Positions 20,474-29,905 are shown, counted from the first letter of the stretch. The stretch: 64,000 bases of DNA from an uncultured delta proteobacterium (GCA_963790475.1 CAWBOS010000012.1:128001-192000); one strand, 5' to 3'. Translations and numbers: made by a program. Notes: a model not told the origin generated them from the sequence alone.

Positions 20474-20620
20474 GAAGTATTGCATGTTCTGTATTTACTG
20501 TTTACCGGGCAATAAGTTGACGGTTATATCCGGATTCCGGAGAATCCGGGCCATGTCGATCAAAAGGATGGGGCCATCAAACAAAACGGAATGAAATTGG
20601 ATAACGACCCCCAAAGGTTT

Positions 20621-20750
20621 CAAGGGCAAAGAGAAAAAATCAGGCCAGAGAGATTTGTAAAACTGGATGAATTGCCCGATTGAATAAGTTGTTTTAACAC
20701 CAGGTTCCCCCACTACGAAACATAAAAGTGCAACAGTATAGACCTGACCC
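20621..20750 (+). repeat. dispersed repeat copy D: Phd remnant plus RAYT end motif
   Basis: REKIRPERFVKLDELPD* followed by aaaagtgcaacagtatagacctgaccc. Confidence 0.75.
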
Positions 20751-20814
20751 ACGTGCTCAAACAACTGGGAGCTCTTGAGTGTGCCAGGGTGGGGCGCCGG
20801 CTCTAAGTCTGCTT

Positions 20815-21201
20815 TTATTTTCTCTCGGTGAGTTGAACCAACACACCATGGGCGGATTTGGGGTGCACAAAAACCTGGGGGCCGCCTACACCAATGAGTT
20901 GAACCCCGGCATCCTGCATGGTTTTTACCGTAGCCGCCAGGTCATCGACAGCCAGGGCGATCGTGTGAATTCCTTCTCCACTTCTTTCTATCGCTTTACC
21001 CACTGCTGAATTAGGACCAAAAGGGGCCACTACTTCTAAAAATCCCCCGTTAGGGAAGGGGAAGAAGGCCTGCTTGATACCCAGAGCTTCGGACTCGGAG
21101 GTACGCTCCAGTTCCATTCCCAATTTATCCCTATAGGTGCTTATCCCATCATCGATATCTTTCACCCGCACAACAATATGATCCATTCCTTTAATCGCCA
21201 T
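20815..21201 (-). CDS. VOC family protein, methylmalonyl-CoA epimerase-like
   Basis: DHI, LEVVAP, GEGIHTIA, FVHPKSAHGVLVQL. Confidence 0.8.
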   Translation of the reverse strand: MAIKGMDHIVVRVKDIDDGISTYRDKLGMELERTSESEALGIKQAFFPFPNGGFLEVVAPFGPNSAVGKAIERSGEGIHTIALAVDDLAATVKTMQDAGVQLIGVGGPQVFVHPKSAHGVLVQLTERK

Positions 21202-21241
21202 TTTATTTCTCCTTTATCATTAAAATAAGTATCCCGAGCCC

Positions 21242-21350
21242 TCATTTCTTAACGCCTTTTCTTTTCTCAAGAAAAGCCTTCACCGCTTCGGTTTGGGCCG
21301 GAGAGCCATGACATAAGTTCGCTGCCAGCTGAAAGGGAGTTGAAAAAAAG
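21242..21350 (-). pseudogene. 3' remnant of an enoyl-CoA hydratase gene
   Basis: Manual translation FQLAANLCHGSPAQTEAVKAFLEKRKGVKK*, a typical crotonase C-terminus. Confidence 0.6.
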
Positions 21351-21382
21351 ACGTCCCTTGCCTCTTACGTCCTTCCTCGAAA

Positions 21383-21723
21383 TTACGTTTTAGAATTAAG
21401 GATCCTTTCAAGAACTGTTATAAGGGAGGGAGGTCATCACTGATTGTATCCCAGACCCGGTCGACGTCGATATCGAAATAAACATGAATTAATCTATTTC
21501 TCATGGCCACGATATCCATCCAAGGTATTTCTGGTTGTGTGTCGCGACCTTCTTTCGTGACCCTTGACGCCGCCTCACCTATAATCTCAATGGATTTTAC
21601 GATAGAAAGAATTAGCATTCGATCATTGTCAAAATCTTCTTTTGTTTTATTACGGGCAAAGTCTACCGCCTCTCTGGCTGCATCCAACATATGCCTGAGA
21701 CGGATCAAATCATCATTGCGCAT
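21383..21723 (-). pseudogene. HepT/DUF86 HEPN RNase toxin with a 1-nt frameshift near the C-terminus
   Basis: EIIGEAA, RNRLIH (Rx4H); DDLPPL* continues in another frame as ITVLERILNSKT*. Confidence 0.75.
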
Positions 21724-22018
21724 AGGCTAACTCTGCGCTTTCCAGCACTTCTTTCCTGAAATATCGACTCAAGTCCCCAGGGGTACGCAAGTCAACTTTT
21801 CGGCCTAAGATCTCTGATAGTTCATTTTCTATTCGGGCCATCTTAAGCAGACCCACTTTGAATCCTGTTTCAAATTCCACCAAAAGGTCAATATCACTCG
21901 AGGCCTTAAAATCATCCCGGAGGACGGAACCAAAGAGGGAGAGTTTACGGATATGATAATTCCTGCAAAATTCTTCTAACGGTTCTTTCGGAAGTTTGAT
22001 GCGGCTTTTCTTAATCAT
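21713..22018 (-). CDS. MNT minimal nucleotidyltransferase antitoxin
   Basis: LFGSVLRDDF-x3-SDIDLLVEF, LGRKVDL. Confidence 0.9.
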   Translation of the reverse strand: MIKKSRIKLPKEPLEEFCRNYHIRKLSLFGSVLRDDFKASSDIDLLVEFETGFKVGLLKMARIENELSEILGRKVDLRTPGDLSRYFRKEVLESAELAYAQ

Positions 22019-22349
22019 TCTTTTACCTTCTTTGATCTTTTTTCATCTTGGATTGGCTTTTACTGATTGCATTTGAAGGCCAATTCTCTAACTTATTAAT
22101 ATTATAAATTAACCATCTTCATCTCGCAACACTATTTATGGTTGATCCGTCAGAAAAGGTCATCGGAGAAAAGCAGGTTCCGATCCGATTGAATGATCTT
22201 GAGGTCACAAATTGCGGCCCTGATCTTCTAACCTCTTGAAATAAAAAATATCTTATTTACTCGAAAAGAGGAATGTCTGTTTAGCTATCACTTCAACCGG
22301 TAATCAGGACCGGAAACCTATATCAACAAACTAGGAAATGCTATCTTTA

Positions 22350-22730
22350 AAAAACGTTCGTCGTTCAGAGTTCGTCGTTCGTCGAAAAAGACACTTAAAG
22401 ATAAAAGTGAAAGCCCAAAGCAATCTGGTCTATTTGGTCTATTCTGTTTGTTTAGTCGATTGGGTGTCTTGGGGTTAAAAGCAGCTAAAAAAGACTAAAG
22501 ATAATACAAAGAAAATAAAAGGGAAAGGGGAGGAAGTCAAGGAAAAAGGCAAAAACGTTCGGCGTAGAGCGTTCGTCGAAGAAAAGGGCAAGAGGCGGGA
22601 GGCAAAAGAAAGTTCGGAGTAGGGAGTCGGGAGTTCGGAGTAAAAAGGCAGGAGGCGCAAGATGCAAGGCAAGAGTATGAATAAAACCTATGGGAAAAAC
22701 AAGCTGAAGGCTGAAAGACAAAGCTCAGAT
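22350..22730 (+). repeat. inter-cassette microsatellite block plus ~100-bp module copy 1
   Basis: Tandem GTTCGTC/GTTCGGA, GAGGCGG, GCTGAAG, TGGTCTATT units; module ggggttaaaagcagct...ggaagtcaa. Confidence 0.8.
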
Positions 22731-23069
22731 TTATGCAGGTATCGCCTTTTCTAACGGATCATTTACCTTCCATTTGATAGGAGTTATATGCCGTTCAATA
22801 TCCAGCCACTTTTGCCTTTTTGCGATTCTAAGATCAAACTCGGACTGGAGATTGAGCCAAAACTGAGCCTCAACTCCAAAATAACGCTGTAACCGAAGAG
22901 CCGTATCAGCGGTAATAGCCCGCTTCCCATTGACGATTTCACTGATCCTGTTTGGGGGTACCTCGATATTCTTAGCCAATTGGTTAATGCTGAGTCCGAC
23001 AGGATTCATAAAGTCTTCCCGTAAAATTTCCCCCGGGGGAATAGGAGGCAGCAGGTTGTTCTCTCTCAT
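22731..23069 (-). CDS. higA: HigA antitoxin (HTH)
   Basis: PGEILREDF, RISEIVNGKRAITADTALRL, FWLNLQ. Confidence 0.92.
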   Translation of the reverse strand: MRENNLLPPIPPGEILREDFMNPVGLSINQLAKNIEVPPNRISEIVNGKRAITADTALRLQRYFGVEAQFWLNLQSEFDLRIAKRQKWLDIERHITPIKWKVNDPLEKAIPA

Positions 23070-23080
23070 TTTATAACACC

Positions 23081-23359
23081 TCAGTGATAATCAATAATTT
23101 GAACCTGGTAAGCGTTTCCATCACGCCATTCAAAACAAATCCGCCATTGAGCATTGATGCTGATCGCCCATTGGCCTTTTCTATTTCCTCCTAATGCGTG
23201 GAATTTGTTGCCAGGGTTAAGCCTTAAGGCTTCGAGACTTGGTGCGGCATGTAAAACCATTAGTCGTTTTCTTGACTGACGTTCTATCGCCTGAAAACGA
23301 CGAACTCGACGATCATTGAATAAAGCCTCCGTGTCTCTGCAGGCAAAAGACTTAATCAT
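23081..23359 (-). CDS. higB: HigB toxin (RelE fold)
   Basis: MIKSF, PGN...L-x-GNRKGQW-x-I-x-IN-x-QWRICF-x-W, IIDYH. Confidence 0.92.
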   Translation of the reverse strand: MIKSFACRDTEALFNDRRVRRFQAIERQSRKRLMVLHAAPSLEALRLNPGNKFHALGGNRKGQWAISINAQWRICFEWRDGNAYQVQIIDYH

Positions 23360-23366
23360 ATCTTAC

Positions 23367-23395
23367 AACCTATTACGTCTCGCGTAATATGTCAA
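23367..23395 (-). promoter_or_regulatory. higBA promoter/operator, probably leaderless
   Basis: TTGACA-N17-TAGGTT-N7-ATG; palindrome tattacg-N5-cgtaata. Confidence 0.7.
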
Positions 23396-23619
23396 GAAAA
23401 ACTTCGGATCAGCAAGCGATTTGAAGAAAAAACGTTCAGCGTTCGGCATTCGGCAAATAAAAAGGCAGGAGGCACGAGGCGTGAGGCGGGATCCAAAGCA
23501 GCATAGAGCAAGGGGTATAGAGCAAAGGGGAGTGGCGAGAGGCGGGAGGGGAAAGGAACAAGGTTGAGGGATCGTGGCCGACAGCTAAAGCAGGGAGGAA
23601 CCCGCGCCATTGCCTATTT

Positions 23620-23868
23620 TTAAGCAGCTTTTAGGGTGGCCTCTTCATTCTGAATAATAATCTTTAGATTTTCATTTTTGGCCGGAATCGGCAAACCTTG
23701 TTCTTTTAACAAGTTAACATGTTCAATCATTTCCCATTTTGCCTTATAAAGACAATCCTCGACGGAATGTCCTACACCTGAAAAACCCGGCAAATCTGGC
23801 GAATAGAATCCAAAAAAATCAGGGTCCTTGGTTGCCTCAATGATCAATGAATATTCCAAGTCTATCAT
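23620..23868 (-). CDS. orphan HicB-like antitoxin
   Basis: YSLIIE...YSPDLPG...GHSVEDC...GLPIP; no hicA adjacent. Confidence 0.75.
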   Translation of the reverse strand: MIDLEYSLIIEATKDPDFFGFYSPDLPGFSGVGHSVEDCLYKAKWEMIEHVNLLKEQGLPIPAKNENLKIIIQNEEATLKAA

Positions 23869-23891
23869 TTTGATTTCACCTCCGTTAACCG

Positions 23892-24290
23892 TTAGACCCA
23901 GTTTTCGAGCCGGAGACCGGGGATTCTTTTGAATTCCTTTTGATTATTAGTCACCAAAGGAATGGAAAGGCTTTTGGCCTGGGCGGCGATGAGCATATCC
24001 ATGGCCCCGATATTTATTCCCCGTTTTTGAAGATAAGCCCGGATCTCCCCGTAACTGACTGCCGCCCGGTCATCAAAGGGGACGATCTCCAGGGGGGTCA
24101 CAAACTCATTCAAGGCCTCTTGGTTTTTTTCCGGATAGCGGCTCAACTGGACGCCGAATTCAAGTTCGGCCAGGGTGATGGATGATATACCCAGATCGTT
24201 GACCTTAAAAAACTGGAACTTTCTTAAGACCTGAGGGGGTTTCCTTTTAATGAGGTAGATACAGATATTGGTATCCAGAAGGAATTTCAT
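23892..24290 (-). CDS. vapC: VapC PIN toxin
   Basis: LLDTNICIY, EL, IGAMDMLIAA, LVTNN-x-KEF. Confidence 0.92.
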   Translation of the reverse strand: MKFLLDTNICIYLIKRKPPQVLRKFQFFKVNDLGISSITLAELEFGVQLSRYPEKNQEALNEFVTPLEIVPFDDRAAVSYGEIRAYLQKRGINIGAMDMLIAAQAKSLSIPLVTNNQKEFKRIPGLRLENWV

Positions 24291-24517
24291 GATAAGGATT
24301 CCCTCTTCTCCAGATCCGGTTGGTTTCTCTCCTTCATGAAATCATCGGAAAAATGATCCAGGCTGCGAATCAGGGAACCCCAGGGATCATCCTTGGGAAT
24401 CAGGATTACCAATCGGCCTATTTTTTTTAAGTACACTTCATCATCCGGAAATTTAAATTCCTTGGGCAGCCGCACGGCCTGGCTGCTTCCATTTTTAAAT
24501 AATTTGGCGGTCTTCAT
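24287..24517 (-). CDS. vapB: VapB (AbrB/MazE-type) antitoxin
   Basis: MKTAKLFKNGSSQAVRLPKEF; RBS aggaga; ATGA overlap with vapC. Confidence 0.9.
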   Translation of the reverse strand: MKTAKLFKNGSSQAVRLPKEFKFPDDEVYLKKIGRLVILIPKDDPWGSLIRSLDHFSDDFMKERNQPDLEKRESLS

Positions 24518-24784
24518 AAAAAATCTCCTTTTGTCTATGCCATAAAGTATAGACTTTATTCCTGGTAAATCAAGTAAAAAAGGCAAGAGACGTGAGGGGG
24601 AAAATCAGCTCATAGCTAATAGCCCAAAGGAAGATAGACGAGCGTCCCAATCGGACTTGAGGAGCGCTGCGCTTGAGGGAAGAGGCAAAAACTCAAGGCT
24701 GATAGCTCATAGGGGTTCAAAAAAAGAAAGTTCAGGGTAAAAAGGAGGAAGTCATGACCAACGGTTATTTTCATCAAAATTTTA

Positions 24785-24812
24785 TTGACTTGATATCTAT
24801 TAATGATATCAT
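24785..24812 (+). promoter_or_regulatory. hicAB promoter/operator, probably leaderless
   Basis: TTGACT-N16-TATCAT-N6-ATG; palindrome tgatatc-N7-gatatca. Confidence 0.65.
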
Positions 24813-24818
24813 TCACGC

Positions 24819-25073
24819 ATGGCAGCAAAACACCGGAAAACCCTTGAGGCTATCTTTGATGATCCGGTAAAGACGAATATCCTCTGGACGGATATAGAAG
24901 CCCTTTTCCTTTCATTCGGGGCGGAAAGGGATGAAGGGAGCGGTTCGCGCGTCCGTTTTTACTTGAACGGGATTCGGGCAACGTTCCATCGACCTCGCCC
25001 ACAAAAGGAAACCGACAGAGGTACAGTAAAATCCGTACGGAAATTTTTAAGGGAATCGGGAGTAAAACCATGA
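24819..25073 (+). CDS. hicA: HicA toxin
   Basis: KHRKTL-x-AIF, W-x-DIEAL, EGSGSRV, FHRP-x-P. Confidence 0.88.
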   Translation: MAAKHRKTLEAIFDDPVKTNILWTDIEALFLSFGAERDEGSGSRVRFYLNGIRATFHRPRPQKETDRGTVKSVRKFLRESGVKP

Positions 25074-25402
25074 TGGAATATAAAGGTTATATAGGACATG
25101 TGGAATTCGACAACGAAGCGGAAATATTCCACGGTGAAGTCATCAATACCCGGGACGTCATCACTTTCCAGGGGAAAGCGGTAGATGAAATTAAATCGGC
25201 ATTCCGAGATTCCGTTGAGGATTATCTAAAATATTGCGCCAAACTCGGCCAACAGCCGGAAAAGCCCTTTACCGGGAAATTCGTACTGAGAATCCCGCCT
25301 GACTTACACCGTAAGATATACGTTGCCGCCAAACATTCTGGGGAAAGTATTAATGCCTGGATCAAAGAACAATTAGAAAAACGCGTTGAAGAAGTAGTAT
25401 AA
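25070..25402 (+). CDS. hicB: HicB antitoxin
   Basis: MEYKGY, ITFQG, SVEDYL, PEKPFTGKFVLR. Confidence 0.9.
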   Translation: MMEYKGYIGHVEFDNEAEIFHGEVINTRDVITFQGKAVDEIKSAFRDSVEDYLKYCAKLGQQPEKPFTGKFVLRIPPDLHRKIYVAAKHSGESINAWIKEQLEKRVEEVV

Positions 25403-25680
25403 TTAAGCGTGTTTTTATGGATTACATAGCTGATAGCTTATTGCTCATGGAATGGCATGAGGCACGAGGCCAATAGAAAATAGGGACAGCGACCAGTTAT
25501 TTATTTTTTTGAAAAAAATGTCTGTTCTGCTATTACTTCAACCAGCACTTTGGTCGTATGGTCTATTTGGTTTATTTTGTTTGTCTGGTCGAAAAAAGGG
25601 CCACATCCCATATTTTCTATATCATCGACAAAAGAAATGCTAACTTCACAATTTGGGGAGCTCTAAGCTCATAGGGGGAG

Positions 25681-25784
25681 TCTGGTCTGTTTGGTGAATA
25701 TGGTCAATTGGGGTTAAAAGAAGCTCTAAACAAAGGGGACAAAGATAACACAAAGAAAATAAAAGGGGAAAGGGGGGAAGTCAA
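25681..25784 (+). repeat. ~100-bp inter-cassette module copy 2
   Basis: tggtc 9-mers then gggttaaaagaagctctaaacaaa...caaagataa...aaagaaaataaaagggg...gaagtcaa. Confidence 0.8.
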
Positions 25785-25830
25785 CCTTTTTTGCCGAAAC
25801 AGGCAAAAAAAGGAGCGCATAGCTGATAGG

Positions 25831-26265
25831 TTACCCTCCTTCCCCAACCCAATGAACCCGGGGAAATGATTTCCTGGCCGAGTTATAAAAGCGTCGGTCC
25901 CCGGTCCAGAGAGGGCAGTCGTACATTAGGGCCAAGGCCAAGTAATGGGCGTCATAGGTAGCCGGTTGCCCAAGCTGCAGGGCAACCTCGATGGCCAGGG
26001 TATGGAGGCCGGCCTCATCGAGAATCTCAATTCCGAAAGCCAGTATCACCTCCAGGGCCTCTCGGACTTTGGGCAAACCCATTTCCTTCCGGATAATCCT
26101 TTTGTAAAGGGCATTGGTCACCTCGGTCAACAGCAGACAGGGCGCCAAGAGACAGGTCTCCTGTTCATCCCAAGTTTCTGCCAACAGGAGAGCCCGGGCG
26201 GAATAGTTTTCCGGGACAGCCCACATGACGGCCAGACTGGCATCGATAACCACGTTTTGTTCCAT
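25831..26265 (-). CDS. VapC-type PIN toxin
   Basis: VIDAS, EVTNAL, YDAHYLALA, LWTGD. Confidence 0.88.
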   Translation of the reverse strand: MEQNVVIDASLAVMWAVPENYSARALLLAETWDEQETCLLAPCLLLTEVTNALYKRIIRKEMGLPKVREALEVILAFGIEILDEAGLHTLAIEVALQLGQPATYDAHYLALALMYDCPLWTGDRRFYNSARKSFPRVHWVGEGG

Positions 26266-26274
26266 TCGGTTTTC

Positions 26275-26553
26275 CTACCTTCGAGACTGGCGAATCAGAT
26301 CAGCCGAATTGACCTGAAAAACCCTTCCCCTGAAGGCCTGTCGTTGGAATTTCCGTGCCCGATCCACGGCCTCGCTTAATGGGGTTCTTTGTTTCTCTTT
26401 ATCGGCTTCCGAAAGCTGTGCTTCGATGGCCCGAAGGCAAAAATGGGAAAGAGTGACATTCTGCTCGGTGGCTAATAACTTGATCCGCTGTCGGGTGGCC
26501 TGGTCGGGAAGATAGATATTCAATCGGACAGGGGAAGTTTCATTACGGTTCAT
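26275..26553 (-). CDS. putative RHH antitoxin
   Basis: Small gene upstream of PIN gene; RLNIYLPD, C-terminal SADLIRQSR; RBS aaggag; upstream palindrome cactaa-N5-ttagtg. Confidence 0.7.
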   Translation of the reverse strand: MNRNETSPVRLNIYLPDQATRQRIKLLATEQNVTLSHFCLRAIEAQLSEADKEKQRTPLSEAVDRARKFQRQAFRGRVFQVNSADLIRQSRR

Positions 26554-26977
26554 GGTTCGTCTCCTTTTAAAGTAAAATTTAGCACTAAGGAACTTTAGTG
26601 TCAAATATATATTTCTCGAAAGATTTTTTTCTGGAAGCTATAAAAGTTCGGAGTTCGGAGACAAAGACAAAGGGCAGTTTGGTCCATTGCGTTTATGTGG
26701 TCTATTGGGTTGCTTGAGTTAAAGGCTGCAGTAGGTCATAGCTGATAGCTTATAGCTCGTAAGAAGGCGTGTGGCGTGTGGCGAAAGGAACTAACCGGAC
26801 CAGCCAGAAAAAAACGAAAAGAGGCGACTGGATTTCTCCTTGACCACTTCTTTCCCTTATCTTATACTATTTTAATAAAGAACCTTATCGTCTAAGTCTT
26901 GAAATAATTGAACGCGTTGAAAGTTTTTAGCCTGATTAATCGGGGTAACCTGCTGGATGCCGTGAAGGAGACCGAAA

Positions 26978-27217
26978 ATGAACACCGTCCGATTGGATTT
27001 ACCGCTTGATCAAATTAAAAAGGCTCTGCGCCAACTGCCGCCACAGGAGAAAATAGCCCTCTGGCGCCTTTTAGATAAAGATCTCGACCGTCCTGCCATT
27101 GCCCTAAGATTCGCATCTTCGATCAATTCCATTCGCAAAACCTACATTCATGTCAGCGAAGAAGAAGTGATGAAAGACGCAATCAAAGCAACGCACCAGG
27201 TGAGGGGTGAGGCGTGA
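26978..27217 (+). CDS. orphan antitoxin-like small protein
   Basis: RBS aaggag; QLPPQEK...SEEEV..VR pattern typical of PIN-partner antitoxins; 3' end runs into GAGGCGT repeats. Confidence 0.55.
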   Translation: MNTVRLDLPLDQIKKALRQLPPQEKIALWRLLDKDLDRPAIALRFASSINSIRKTYIHVSEEEVMKDAIKATHQVRGEA

Positions 27218-27302
27218 GGCCAAAAGAAAGGTCGAGTGGGGAGTCCAGCGTTCAGCATTCGGAGAGAGGGACCCTAATCGGGATTCTTGAAACTTATTGG
27301 CC

Positions 27303-28457
27303 TTATTTTTGTTTTGGAAAAAGATTACGGGTTAATTGCTCCGCAAAACTCAGGAAGGGGAGGACCTCGATTCCATCCTGGGTTTGCAGACTGGGGCCGG
27401 AAGGGTAAACAATGATGCGGCGTTGCAAACCCTTGAGGGAGGCCACGGCCCGAAGCCCTTTGCTCCAGCTTTCCGAGAAATTCCTTCCCGACTTGGCTTC
27501 GACGGCAATCATCTTTTCTCCCTTGACCAGCAGAAAATCCACTTTCGTCTCAGCCTTAGAAGACGGCGCCCAATAAAACAATTCATCACCGACACCAAAA
27601 TAATCCATAGAGGCTCGGATCACCTGGGCCACCAATCCTTCAAACAGGGGGCCTTCCTCTTCCACGGCAACATTCCCGGAGGACCGCTTCATGGCCCGGA
27701 CAAGTCCCGGATCGCACCAATACCATTTGGGTAACTTGCGTTCCCTAACCCGAAGTTTGGCCTCATAGGCCGGAATCCGGAAACAAAGCAGGGTTTCTTC
27801 GAGGATCTGCAGAAATCCGGCTACGGTAGCGCGGGCCACCCCCACCTCCCGGGCGATGTTGGTGACATTGATGTTTTGGCCATGAAAGAGGGCGGCCACC
27901 GGTAGGAAACGGGCAAACCCGGGCAGGTTTCGAATCAGCGCTTCGGCCTGGACCTCTTCTTTCAGATAGAGCTGGGTATAGGCGGTTAGGGTTTCGTCCT
28001 TTTGGGGAGAATCCCAGACAATAGGCAGGAGGCCGAACTGAAGGGCCTTCTCGAGATTGAATTTCTTACCCAATTCTTCTGGGATAAAAGGATGCATAAT
28101 ACGTCTCGAGACACGCCCGGCCAGTAGATTGACGCCGGCCCGCTTCAGTTTTCGGGCACTGGATCCGCATAGGATGAAACGAAGACGTTTTTCTTCAATG
28201 AACCTCTGCACTTCATTCAGAAGATTGGGCAGCCGTTGTATCTCATCAACGACTATCCTTTGACCGGAAGACAGGGCGCGAAGTTCATCGGCAAAAAGAC
28301 CCGGGTGAGCCAGCAGCCGTTGGTAGGTTTCTTCAGACAACAGGTCTATCCAATGGGCATCGGGAAAGGTGGCTCGAAGCCAGGTACTTTTACCGGTGCC
28401 CCGGGGCCCCAGGAGAAAGAAGCTGAGGTCCGGATCTTTAAGGATTCGAGGAATCAT
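27303..28457 (-). CDS. AAA_14 ATPase with DUF4143 domain
   Basis: GPRGTGKS, DEIQR, GSS, LLAGR, KWYWCDPG, VDF, EAK. Confidence 0.88.
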   Translation of the reverse strand: MIPRILKDPDLSFFLLGPRGTGKSTWLRATFPDAHWIDLLSEETYQRLLAHPGLFADELRALSSGQRIVVDEIQRLPNLLNEVQRFIEEKRLRFILCGSSARKLKRAGVNLLAGRVSRRIMHPFIPEELGKKFNLEKALQFGLLPIVWDSPQKDETLTAYTQLYLKEEVQAEALIRNLPGFARFLPVAALFHGQNINVTNIAREVGVARATVAGFLQILEETLLCFRIPAYEAKLRVRERKLPKWYWCDPGLVRAMKRSSGNVAVEEEGPLFEGLVAQVIRASMDYFGVGDELFYWAPSSKAETKVDFLLVKGEKMIAVEAKSGRNFSESWSKGLRAVASLKGLQRRIIVYPSGPSLQTQDGIEVLPFLSFAEQLTRNLFPKQK

Positions 28458-28529
28458 TTGGATATTGCGCCGTCATTTTTCATGGAAATTTGACATCATT
28501 ATGGTCTAATTTTCAGTGACGGTCAAGGG

Positions 28530-28690
28530 AAAAAACGTTGGTCGTTGAGCGTTCGGCGTTCGGAGTAAAAAGGCAAGAGGCGGGAGGCAAATGAAGTTCG
28601 GAGTTGGGAGTTTGGGGTTCGGCGAACAAACCAAGGGGCGGAAGGCATGAAGCCAAAAGAAGTTTGGAGTAATGAGTTCAGAGTTCGGTG
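28530..28690 (+). repeat. inter-cassette microsatellite block
   Basis: gttcggcgttcggag, aaaaggcaagaggcgggaggcaaa, gttcggagttgggag; close to 22545-22660. Confidence 0.8.
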
Positions 28691-28779
28691 AGAGAACCAA
28701 AATTTCTGCATGACAAATTAGCCATCTGCTGGCTAAATATTATCCATGATACGGCGATATTTACAAGACCCAATCCTTA

Positions 28780-29637
28780 TTAGATCACTCCGCGATAAAA
28801 GGCCAGCCGTTGGGCATAGGGGGAATAAAGGTCGAGGATCCGTTGTTGTTCTTCAGGGGATAACGGTTCAAAATGGCGGCCGATCCGGGCCAGAGTTTTT
28901 ACTTCTTCCGGCGAGGAGCAGCCGACGATGGCCAGGGTAATGGGCTGCGAAAGGGCGAATCGAATAAGCAACTCGGCTGTTATCCCGGTCTCGGGGATTA
29001 GATAATTCGAACCCCCAAGGACCTTCATCCCGATGATTGCCACCCCTTTGGCCCGGGCAGCCGCAAGGGTGGAGGTCAGAAACCCTCCCAGGATTCCCTC
29101 TACCGGATTGACGGGTATGAGGACCGAATCTATCGGCCAGGCCTTAACGGCCCTGGTCAAAATTTCCGGATCATGATGACCGGTCAGGCCGATAAAGCGG
29201 ATTTTTCCGCTGGCCTTGGCCTCGATAAAAGCCTCTAAGGCCCCGCCCGGCCCGGCTATGGTTTGAAGATCTTCTTCCGTCCTTAAATCATGGATCTGCC
29301 AGAGGTCCAGGTAATCGGTTCCCATGTTGCGCAGGGTGCGGTCTAATTCCCCGAGGGCCTCCTTTTTGGTCCTCAGGCCCGATTTGCTGGTCTGAAAGAT
29401 TCGGGCCCGGTCCTGGGGACGACGAGTCCAGACTAAACCGTAATAGGCTTCACTTCCGGAATAGGCCCGGGCGGAATCGAAATAGCCGATCCCCTGGTCA
29501 AGGGCGGTTTCGATCACCTCCTGGGCCGCCTTTTCCTTTCCGAAGCTCCTGAGGACGCCCTCGCCTCCAAGACCTACGATGGTGACTTTCCGGCCGCTGT
29601 TACCAAAAGATCTTTTTGAAAGATGGGTATTGGGCAT
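28780..29637 (-). CDS. aldo/keto reductase
   Basis: GLGG, DSARAY-x-SE, DYLDLWQIH, GKIRFIG-x-TGH, MK. Confidence 0.88.
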   Translation of the reverse strand: MPNTHLSKRSFGNSGRKVTIVGLGGEGVLRSFGKEKAAQEVIETALDQGIGYFDSARAYSGSEAYYGLVWTRRPQDRARIFQTSKSGLRTKKEALGELDRTLRNMGTDYLDLWQIHDLRTEEDLQTIAGPGGALEAFIEAKASGKIRFIGLTGHHDPEILTRAVKAWPIDSVLIPVNPVEGILGGFLTSTLAAARAKGVAIIGMKVLGGSNYLIPETGITAELLIRFALSQPITLAIVGCSSPEEVKTLARIGRHFEPLSPEEQQRILDLYSPYAQRLAFYRGVI

Positions 29638-29800
29638 TGGTCTTCCTATTTGAAGACGTTCGTCGTTTTTCGTTCTTTGTTCGGCGATAGGAAAGGAAAC
29701 TTTCCTTTCAAAGCTCAATGCTGAAAGCTCATAGGGTGAATTCTCAGCGTTCAGTCCCGCAAGGCGGGATTCGGCGACTAAAAAAGATACCTATTAATCC

Positions 29801-29905
29801 GTTTTGTCTATCTGGTCTATTTAGTTGATTGGGTTTAAAAGAAGCTCTAAACAAATAGACCAAAGATAATAATATGTAAATAAGAAGGAAAAGAGGGGAA
29901 GTCAA
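29801..29905 (+). repeat. ~100-bp inter-cassette module copy 3
   Basis: tctggtctatttagttgattgggtttaaaagaagctctaaacaaa...caaagataat...ggggaagtcaa. Confidence 0.8.

Noticed and set aside
22475-28711. Short ORFs 22475-22672, 22485-22721, 23392-23610, 28506-28700 and 28523-28711
   Set aside because: They are translations of the microsatellite blocks (low complexity, no RBS).
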